In this document: in pieces, positions 53,969 through 64,000 of the stretch
Position numbering within the stretch: the first letter of the stretch is position 1
Layout: every line of letters begins with the position of its first letter
Assembly: GCA_951406725.2 (NCBI GenBank)
Contig: OX597821.1
Span: forward strand, 97,278,001 to 97,342,000
Reading direction: 5' to 3'
DNA: 64,000 bases
Source of the DNA: Octopus vulgaris
Lineage: Eukaryota
The notes under the pieces: model-generated
Databases searched by the model: none
Seen by the model: the letters and a program-made list of their open reading frames with translations, nothing else
What the model was told of the DNA's origin: nothing
Translations under genes and position numbers: made by a program

Positions 53969-54010
53969 ACTAGCAGAGATACCCAGCATTGCTCAGGATT
54001 AAAATAGCAT
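53969..54010 (-). mobile_element. Helitron-like 3' terminus
   Basis: actagcagagatacccagcattgctcaggattaaaatagcat, near-identical to 146-186. Confidence 0.5.
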
Positions 54011-54196
54011 ATTTTTTTTAATTCTTTTGCTTGTTTCAGTCATGTGACTGTGGCTATGCTGGAGCACTGCCTTTATTCAAACAAATCAACCCCAGGATTT
54101 ATTCTTTGAAGCCTAGTTTCATGTGTGTGTTGTGTGGGAATGCATATGTATACATACAGATGTGTGTGTATGCATGTGTATATATATATATATATA

Positions 54197-54530
54197 AGTC
54201 ATACGATATAGTGCATATTTACACACATAAGGAATCCACTTTACGTGAAATTCAACACATTAGAAAGAACAGCTAGGTTCTGTAAACCACAAAAATAACG
54301 GATAAAATTCGACAGGAATAAATTTGGAAAGAACCTAGCTGTTCTTTCTAATGTGTTGAATTTCACGTAAAGTGGATTCCTTATGTGTATAAATATGCAC
54401 TATATCGTATGACTAATATATAGTCTTCTTGACTAATTTTTTTTTGCACGTTAGACCACTGGAAATGTAAATTTTAATTAAATATTTCAATTTTAATTAA
54501 ATTCCATTTCCCTTTGATATGATTAAACAT
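54197..54530. repeat. Fold-back insert, ~85-bp near-perfect arms plus one-sided tail, in (TA)n
   Basis: Arms 54197-54281 and 54330-54414. Confidence 0.85.
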
Positions 54531-54695
54531 TATATATTATATATATATATATATATTAATCAAAATGTGCAGTATTATATATCCATTATGGCCAATCTTA
54601 CCAATTAGTTTTGAACCAGAGGTTCCACAGAATGTTAGGTAACAGTCTGATTATGTAACCCTGTACTCTTCAGAGGTAGCTATTATGGAATGAAA

Positions 54696-54730
<35 letters not shown>

Positions 54731-54738
<8 letters not shown>

Positions 54739-55038
54739 ATCACGTGACCGACCAGACCATCAGATGTTGCTACACATCGTTGGTCACAATGCGTTTGCAT
54801 TGTTTAAGCCTTCGAATGATGCCACCCCGCTGGCTAAGCGAGCAGGCCAACAGAAGAAAGAGTGAGAGAAAGCGTGGTGAAAGAGTACAGCAGGGATCAC
54901 CACCCCCTGCTGAGGCCTCGTGGAGCTTTTTAGGTGTTTTCGCTCAATAAACACTCACAACGCCCGGTCTAGGAATCGAAACCGCGATCCTACGACCACA
55001 AGTCCGCTGCCCTAACCACTGGGCCATTGCGCCTCCAC
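54731..55038 (-). mobile_element. SINE family C, tail type 1
   Basis: Near-identical to 39181-39487. Confidence 0.88.
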
Positions 55039-55161
55039 ATATATATGCGTATAGATTCATACATGCATATATCTGTATATGCTTGTATATAAACAAACAC
55101 ACACATACATATATATACATAAATTTTTATATATATATATATATATATAATGATGATGATA

Positions 55162-55207
<46 letters not shown>

Positions 55208-55432
55208 TATATTCTTTTATTTGTTTCAGTCACTTGACTGCAGCCATGCTCGAGCACTGTCAAGTAAATCAACCCCAGGACTTATTCTTTGTAAGCTTAG
55301 TACTTACTCTATCAGTCTTTTGTGCCAAACCGCTAAGTTACAGGGACATAAACACACCAGCATCAGTTGTCAAGTGATGCTGGGAAGTACAAACACGGAC
55401 ACACAAACATATACACACACACACATACACAC

Positions 55433-55484
<52 letters not shown>

Positions 55485-56673
55485 GTATATATATGCACAT
55501 GTATACAACAGGCTTTTGCACAGTTTCTGTCTACAAAGATTCCACTCACAGATACTAGTCAACCCAAGGTCTACCAATCTCCATAGTTAAAGACAAGCTA
55601 CTTAATAGTGAGGATCAAGCAGAAGCATGTAGCTGTGAAGGAAACTTCTTGACCACACACTTTTGCCTGTCAGTACACCTACTAACATGCCTATATAACT
55701 ACCTAGTTATAAGATGTGTGGGCCATAGACTCATCATTGCACCAGTGCCAGCCACTTGATATGGACCCCACCGTCTCTTAAAAAACTTTTTCATACTGTA
55801 GCCACCAAGCCATCCCACATTGCATCCCCCATCTCTCTCTCCTCTTCGAAAAAAAAAGAACGCACTCTAGCTTCTTTCAGACACAATAGTAAATTAGATA
55901 ATTTCATACAGCATGGATGATGTTCTGCCTATGCTCTTTAGGGTGGTTCAAAAATAATCAGATAATCGGCAGTCTATCTAGTAAAGCTGTTGGCCTTTCA
56001 TAGAGGTGTGTCTTTCACCCTCTCTGTCTAGTTACCTCCTATGTTCAATGTGGTTTATACATAAAACATTCGGTATTCCAGATTAATCATTGCAAAGGGG
56101 TTTTCACTCGTGTATGTGTGTGTGTGTGATATTTGTTTATCTTAGCTTATTGTTGTCTGTTTTGAAACTTGATCACCAATTTAATGATTTGCTCACATAA
56201 GAGGAAACACAGCTGCCAAATATCAACTCATAAATGAAGCTCATATATATATATATATATATATATAAAGCTTACATGTGTATACATTTAAATGTGTATG
56301 TGTGTGTTTGTGTAAGTTGCTATGAAAAACACGAGTGATATACATGCAACTGTGTATTGTTTTATCTCAGAAAGCCTTAGAGATTAGCAGATTATTTGTT
56401 TCTTTCAAAGCATTATACATGCTATATGCACACATACACACATACACACACACACACACACATATGTGTGCATGCACACATATATATGCAAATGATAGAA
56501 AACAACTCTAAAGAACACTAAATACGTGACATAGAGTTTGTATTTATAGTTTAACAGTTCACTCCATTGTAGCTTGAAGTTACACACGTGAATAGGATCC
56601 ATTAAATAATATTACGATAACGTGTATACATACATACATTATTATTATTAGTAGTAGTAGTAGTAGTAGTAGT

Positions 56674-56711
<38 letters not shown>

Positions 56712-56712
56712 T

Positions 56713-56810
<98 letters not shown>

Positions 56811-56929
56811 TAGTAGTCTTATTATTGTGCAGCATGAACATTTAACCACTATAAACAAATCATTTATGCAGATTGATCGGCAAAATGCTGAACAGTCATA
56901 CATCGTTTTCGACAGGAGAATCCATCATC

Positions 56930-56970
<41 letters not shown>

Positions 56971-57212
56971 TTATTATTATTATTGCTATTATTATTAGAG
57001 TGGCGTGCTAGCAGAATTGTTAGCATGCAAAATGCGTAGCAGAATTTCATCCTTCTTTAGGTTCTAAGTTCAAATTGTGCCAGGGTCTGTTTTTTCCCTT
57101 CATCCTTTCGGGGCCGATAAATTAAGTACCAGTTGAACACTGGGGTTGTGGTAATCAACTTATCCCCTCACTCAAAATTGCTGGCCCTGTACCGAAATTT
57201 GAAACCATTGTC

Positions 57213-57248
<36 letters not shown>

Positions 57249-57288
57249 ATTATCTTTATTATTATTATTATCATTAATATTATTACTC

Positions 57289-58296
57289 TTACCTCCCCCT
57301 TAGAAAAGGCAGAGGTATTATTTTCAGTTGTGCTTGTTTGTTTGTCTGTGGGCAAAATATCTCAAGAACCCACTAGATAAATTTGGATGAAACTTCCAAA
57401 GATGTTTGGCCTTGTGACTGGCATGAACTGATTAGGTTTTGGGATCAATTCGGTACTGGACAAGCATTCTGGATTATTCATTATATTTACTTTACATGAA
57501 GAATTATGGTCTTAAGTTGACCTTCAAGTCTTTCTCTGATTATTTCCCTTGACAGCACACTCATGGTTTCAACATAAGTTATGGCTGTTTCCAAAGTTTA
57601 ATTTCACTTCTCTATTATTAATTTTACTCGCGTCTCTATCTTAGTAGAAATTGATGGATAAAGAAATCAAACTACATAAACAAACAGCAGCAAAACCATT
57701 CAGAAATTAAATAACCACTAACATATTCAATAACAGTAATAAATTTAATTTATCCTCAACAATTTTTAGTTTTACCAATTTTTAGTATATCACTCTTGCT
57801 TAAAACCTCTTACCTACTTGACAATTGCATTTCTAGCTCTTGAAGGAAGCTTTACTTCTTGGACTCACGTTTTTGTGTGCAATGATGTTGTTCAACCTCC
57901 GTTAACAGCACTGGTTCTTTCCATATTCATTCATGCACGGATAAATTTTTCACTGTAGGCCTTAATGATCATTAAGACACATCAGTGGATAGACTAAAAA
58001 AGGCCTTCATAGAGAGAACTGTCCCTGTTCCCACTGCAGACGACCCACACACAGCATTACAAACATAGCCCACACACCTACCTTCACATTGAATCAGGTG
58101 CCAGACAAGGATTCTGGATTATTTTTCTTTTTTTTTTACTTAACTTTTGAGGGCGGTCAGGTTCATTCTTAGTATTCTCATTTGTGAGAGCAGTTGAGTT
58201 TATTTTAGATATTCTCATTTTAAAAATCATCTCTGGCTAATCATTGAGAGGACGTTGGTGTTGCCTTGGCGGAGGTTTCCACTCTCTGAGTGCTCT
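57289..58296 (+). mobile_element. Helentron-associated non-autonomous element (HINE/DINE-like) with internal insert
   Basis: 5' subTIR ttacctcccc with nearby inverted ggcagaggt, (GTTT/GTCT) microsatellite, 3' subTIR ggcggaggt followed by the cactc-tct-gagtg hairpin. Confidence 0.7.
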
Positions 58297-58990
58297 TGTT
58301 GTTGTTGATATTCCCCCCCCCCCAAAAAAAAAACAATCATTTCAAATAAATAAATAATAAAATTAGTAGACAACTAGAAGGAGGGCACAAGGAATGTATT
58401 AGCTTGATGTTTGGTGAAAAGAGAGTTTGATGTTTCATGCATAAACTCTTTGTCGGAAAGGAGAAAGGGAAAAATCTGAAGAAGGGAAAGAAATGATTTG
58501 AGTGTAAGGCTTTAAATTCATATTGCTCTCATTAAATATTCTAAATGACTTGAGATACTCATTCTGCCTTGTTTGTTGATGTCCTTTTTCCTCCAATATA
58601 TATGTGTATGTGTGTGTGTGTATTATGTATGTGTATGTCTTTTTGTCTGTGTTTGTCCCCCCATCATTGCTTGACAACTGGTGTTGGTGTGTTTGCATCC
58701 TTATAACTTAGAGATTCAGCAAAAGAAGTTGATAGAATAAGTACTAGGTTTTAAAAAATAAGTCCTGGGGGTCAACTCGTTCAACTAAAACCCTTCAAGT
58801 TGGGGCTCCAATATGGCTGCAGCTAAATGACTGAAATAAGTTAAATATATATACATATTCATAAGCACTTATGCACGTGTGTTCATCCAACCAGTATCAC
58901 AGAAGAATCTATTTGCAAAGCATCATTTTTGGTTTTTGTCTCCTTAATTTTGTACCATTGGCAAAAAATATACACATGCTTACAAATATA

Positions 58991-59502
58991 CCATAAATCC
59001 TTGAGTATAATCCGCATTTTTTCCCCAAAATTTAAAGGTCAAAATCCCTAGTGCGTACTATATACAAGGTTGAAAATGAAAATTATTTTCTAAGCAATGT
59101 CCGAGTCTCTATTTGCTGTCCGGCAATGTTTATTCAGATGCATTTTGTGATGTCGGATGCAAAAATACCTTAAGCTAAGCCTGAAAGCAATGAAGTCATA
59201 AAAGAATCATCCATAACTTGCAGTAAGTAACATTTATTAAACGTTATTACTGTTATTACTGTTATTTTCTGCAAACAAAATGCACAAAAAAGCTACACGT
59301 TTGAATTATGTTATATATACAATAATAATAAAGGACGTTACTGTATACATTTTTACAAACCAAGGACGTTATATAGACCTCCTTGACTCAAGTTAGAGAA
59401 GGGGTGCATATTATACACAGGTTTAGGGTTTTCAGTGGTACAGTCCCCCAAAAATCCCCTGCATATTATACTCAAGGGTGGACTATACTCGAGGATTTAT
59501 GG
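58991..59502. mobile_element. Tc1/mariner superfamily (Tc2/pogo-like) MITE with TA TSD
   Basis: TA|ccataaatccttgagtata ... tatactcgaggatttatgg|TA; subterminal tatac repeats. Confidence 0.8.
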
Positions 59503-59913
59503 TACATATAATCACACATATATCATACATACATACATGACTGTTGAAACTCCATTTTAAGCAATACCATGACTTGATTGTTTTCTTAAAGCAGTATGTA
59601 CGTGTTTTTTTTAGTCCTGCTAGGGACCTATAAACTTTTGCACAGATGTAAGAATGATTGGCGCCTCTTGCAACATATCTTCAGAGAGTTACCATCAAAG
59701 CAGTCACATGCTTTCATCCCATCCATCATCAAAATTTTCATTCTGTGTTTTGCCTTATTTGACTACCCATAGTATGCAACACATAATAGGACAAAATTTA
59801 TCATGTTTACTCTCAATCGAAGTTTAATAGAAATATTAAACACCAAAGTAAGGAAAGGCCTTGAACAAAATCAACCCCCCTCTCTAAACAACATATGCAT
59901 TTGCCCCAAAAGA

Positions 59914-60950
59914 AGAATGTTCTGAATGCATTTTACATGGCACCAGCACTGGTGAGTTGACCAAGTACCTGCAAGACAAGATCCCTCGGTCAAGTTGTGT
60001 ATAGGATTAAGGGATATGAAAATATGAGGGACAAGAGCAGATGTCTTGCTGAAGGGGTGAAAACATGGCTTTTCCAGCTGTGTGCGTGCATGCATGCATG
60101 TGTGTGTGTGTGTTTGTGTGTGCATGTGTGCGCGTGTGTGTCTGTGTGTGTGTGTGTGAGAGAGAGAGGAGAGAGAGAGATGCGGGTCAGAATAGATGTA
60201 GATGAACAGAAAAGATGGTTGGGTAGCTAAATAAATGTGCTGACATGATTAGAAGTCAAGAAGTTTGCTTCATAACTATGTGGTTCTAGGTTCAATATGC
60301 ATGGTACCTGAGGCAAATACCTTCTATCATGACTTTGAGCTGACCAATATCCAGTGAGTAGAATTTGGTAGATGGAAACTTATGAACAGTGGATACAAAT
60401 GAAGCCACTAGAGTTACATAAGAGTTTTCTCCTAGAGAGATGTTTATACAAAGTGAGGGGTCTCTCTCTCACATCTATTGGGTGGTTGTTGACTCTATTG
60501 AATTCATCCACCCTTTTGACAGGTTTTGTTATTCATTTTTCTGGGTATCCAATGAAAACCACCCTTGTTACCAAGCACACTTGATAGGATTACTGGGTTA
60601 GTTGCCAATGGCCTGACCACACAACAAGTTATACCGGGTTACATATTACCAGTGGTACTAAGAGGGACTTCACATACATACATACATACGTACATACATT
60701 TGTACGTATGTGTGCACATTCATGCATGCATTTATATCTGATGAACTTTCATAAGTTTCCATCTACCAAATTCTACTCACTGGATATTGGTCAGCTCAAA
60801 GTCATGATAGAAGGCATTTGCCTCAGGTACCATGCATATTGAACCCAGAACCACATAGTTATGAAGCAAACTTCTTGACTTCTAATCATGTCAGCACATT
60901 TATTTAGCTACCCAACCATCTTTTCTGTTCATCTACACCTATTCTGACCC

Positions 60951-61044
<94 letters not shown>

Positions 61045-61275
61045 GACGCACACACATGCACGCACAAACACACACAAATACACAAACGCACACATGCATG
61101 CACGCACACAGCTGGAAAAGCCATGTTTTCACCCCTTCAGCAAGACATCTGCTCTTGTCACTCATATTTTCATATCCCTTAATCCCATACACAACTTGAC
61201 CGAGGGATCTTGTCTTGCAGGTACTTGGTCAACTCACCAGTGCTGGTGCCATGTAAAATGCATTCAGAACATTCT
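59914..61275. repeat. Local inverted duplication (~470-530 bp arms, ~360 bp spacer)
   Basis: 59914-60386 is the reverse complement of 60748-61275 apart from microsatellite length. Confidence 0.9.
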
Positions 61276-61652
61276 GTGAAGTGGTTGGCATTAGGAAAGG
61301 CATCCAGTTGTAGAAATCATGCCAAAGCAGATATTGGAGCTCAGTACCGTCCTTTGGCTCATCAGTTCATCTAGAACTACCCAATCCATGCCAACATAGA
61401 AAAGGGGGTGTTAAATGATGATGATGTTGATCATGATGATGAGGAGGAGGAGGAGGAACAACTAAATACTGCAAGGCATCTTGTTTGGCATACTGCCTTT
61501 TCTGTCACTTGGTTACTGATATCTGATATTGATTGAATAATGATAAGTAGCTTCCTTGTATATCTTATTTCTTGTTATGCAGTCCATATACATGCATGTG
61601 TGTATGTATATATGTAATGTACATACATATGTATGTATGTATGTATGTATGT

Positions 61653-62068
61653 ATGCTCTATGGAGAAACTTGTGAATGGAAGGAGACTCCGGCAGAAACC
61701 AAGGCTGCGATTTAAGGACTGTGTCAGGTCCTCATTAAAGGCCTGTGATATGCAGGACACTGACTGGGAGAACAATGCCTGTCATCGCCACAGATGGAGG
61801 AAGCAGGTTAAGGAGGGGATCAACACTTTTGAGAGAGCATGTATCCAGCATGAAGAACTTAAGCAAGCTGCGCGAAAGCGCACGGCTCGTATAGTGAATG
61901 GGGAAAGCTTGGTCTGCAATGTTTGCAGTCGTGTATGCTTGTCAAGAGCAGGGCTCATTAGCCACCAACGGAGTTGCAAATGCAAAATATAAGTTAGTCC
62001 TAGAGCACACAATGTTCCTGAAGGTCGGCAATGGTCTTCCTCGGTCACGAGTGGACGGCCATCATCAT
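61653..62068 (+). pseudogene. RTE family 1 LINE 3' fragment
   Basis: ORF 61633-61992 nearly identical to the C-terminus of 528-1672, including the CNVC...H C2H2 finger. Confidence 0.92.
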
Positions 62069-62894
62069 GTATGTATGTATGTATGTATATAAGTGACTGT
62101 ACTTGTGAATGTGTGTGTATATGTTTTTGTAAAGGTATATTCCATGTGTGAGTTAAGGATCTGGGGCGAACTCAGCATCTTCAAGTCTGTATTAGAAATG
62201 TCTAGTTGTTGTTGTTGTTGTTTAGTCACAGATCAAGCGAAACCCAGCAGACATATAATCAAAAATATTTCCACCATGACTATCTCATATTAGTTTTTTG
62301 AGGATATCTAGAACTATTATAATCTAATGTGTCCTCTTTTTTTAAACGGTAGGGTGTTATTTGAGAGTGAGTCAGTTGCTATTTCTAGCTGGTTGAGAGG
62401 GTCTCCATCAAGTTGTTAGCAAAACTTGACTTAAACAAACTCTTCACAGGATTTATATAGTAACCTGAGTAAGAGAGCTTATGAATAATATTTTCAGGGG
62501 AAAAATACTACTCAAATAGCAGCAAACATGCCTAACCCTGTCGAGAAAACCCTCCTGTAAAGCCAACAATGAAATGTGTATATGGTTGCTTGACCTGCTA
62601 GAAGTAGCTTCTAAATCTTCCTCAAATTATATTCTAAAAAGGAAATACATATTGAATGATGTAGTTTGAGATACACTAAAAAAAAAAGGCTGAATACTCA
62701 CAGCTGGACTCCTTTGGTTGTATGCCTACTGGATAAGAGGCATACAACAATAACAACAACAACAACAACAACAATGATATTTTCCCTACATTTTTCAAAA
62801 TCAGTAACTCACAAACTGTTAAGAATTTTACTTTTTAGTGAGAATATATGCTTCATAATTGTTTTTGTTTGTTCCTTCTCAAAACATGTCTGGC

Positions 62895-63166
62895 TCATAA
62901 TGGCCGGTTTCCCGGTTCTTTGGCATATAGGTTCCCCACCTGGACGGGACGTCAGTCCATCACAGGTGAGCTGCAAAATGCAGGAGGAAAGAGTGAGAGA
63001 AAGTTGTGGTGAAAGAGTCAGCAGAAGTTCGCCATTACTTTCTGCCAGATTCATGTAGGGTTTAGGTGTTTCACTCATAAACACACACATCACCCAGTCT
63101 GAGATTCGAACCCGCAATCCCTCAACCGTGAGTCCACTGCTCTAACCACTAGGCCATGTGCCTCCA
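62895..63166 (-). mobile_element. SINE family C head with tail type 3
   Basis: Head tggaggcacatggcctagtggttagagc; tail cctgtgatggactgacgtcccgtccagg. Confidence 0.8.
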
Positions 63167-63204
63167 CCTTGCTTCATTATACAGTAGGTAAATTTTACTT
63201 TTAA

Positions 63205-63423
63205 CCCTTTTGATATCAATCCATTTGAGATCACTACTAGTTCTGTGACCCACATTACTTGTCTTAAAGTGATCTAAATTGAAAGCTTCCATCAAAATTG
63301 CTTGTTAATTTATGATCCATTCACCAACTTAATAATGACCAAATTATTTTACTAAATTCTTCATTATTTTCAAAATTAATTGAAACACAAGCAGTATTGT
63401 TCAAAAGAAATATAACAAAAGGG
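63205..63423 (+). mobile_element. piggyBac-type MITE
   Basis: TTAA|CCCTTT ... AAAGGG|TTAA; homologous to 31926-32141. Confidence 0.8.
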
Positions 63424-63680
63424 TTAACCAAACAAGCAAATATATTTTCGTTATTGTCTTTAAAGCTGAAAAGACTTGTAGTCTAAAATGGCAATGTAAA
63501 TAGATATGTAGAGAGATGAAAAGCACTGTATTTGCTTTACAAAAATGCCAAGAACAAGAATAACCCTGCTCTTTCTAGTGTTAGTTCGGTGGCCTCTAAT
63601 CCTCAAAGGTGGCTGACCTGATACCATCTCAACCCGAGACTCTCATCATTGATGTTATGCCTTCTCCCAGACCCCACACT

Positions 63681-63905
63681 TATTTCTTTATTGCCCACAA
63701 GGGGCTAAACATAGAGGGGACAAACAAGGATAGACAAAGGGATTAAGTCGATTACATCGACCCCAGTGCGTAACTGGTACTTAATTTATCGACCCCGAAA
63801 GGATGAAAGGCAAAGTCAACCATGGCGGAATTTGAACTCAGAACGTAACGGCAGACGAAATACTGCTAAGCATTTCGCCCGGGGTGCTAACGTTTCTGCC
63901 AACTC
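63681..63905 (-). mobile_element. SINE family A, TSD ccccacact
   Basis: Consensus match and flanking direct repeat. Confidence 0.9.
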
Positions 63906-64000
63906 ACCCACACTGACTGCTTTGCCCAGTTTATCTTTTCTCGGACATCATCCCCTACAGTCATCAGTTTGTACCTGTTCAAGAATAACATCAACCATGC

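Noticed and set aside
56580-56903. Poly-Leu / poly-Thr-Ala ORFs; similar ones at 20310-20842, 30926-31387 and 52191-52636
   Set aside because: Trinucleotide microsatellites with no splice or domain support

Overview
AT-rich, microsatellite-dense animal genomic DNA. The SINE/LINE repertoire and simple-repeat load suggest a coleoid cephalopod, probably Octopus; this is an inference from repeat types, not a database match. No complete host gene is visible, and almost all ORFs in the supplied track are microsatellite or SINE artefacts. The real coding remnants are transposon-derived: two RTE-clade LINE families, a 5'-truncated Penelope-like element (PLE; RT plus GIY-YIG) at 40.45-41.82 kb, a second PLE GIY-YIG fragment, and old LINE relics. 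There are four tRNA-derived SINE families with modular tails, piggyBac- and Tc2-type MITEs, Helitron/Helentron ends, and a CpG-retaining promoter-like zone at about 13.7-18.3 kb. Three signals stand out. (1) The PLE terminal repeat carries a tRNA-like Pol III cassette fused to a minimal hammerhead ribozyme, and the same module occurs as an ORF-less head-to-head palindrome at 26.5-27.1 kb. (2) About 11 long fold-back inserts, mostly in (TA)n, several with hammerhead cores. (3) An RTE LINE 3'UTR built from tandem ~62-66 nt units, each predicted to fold into a compact H-type pseudoknot. Coordinates were read by eye and may be off by a few bases.
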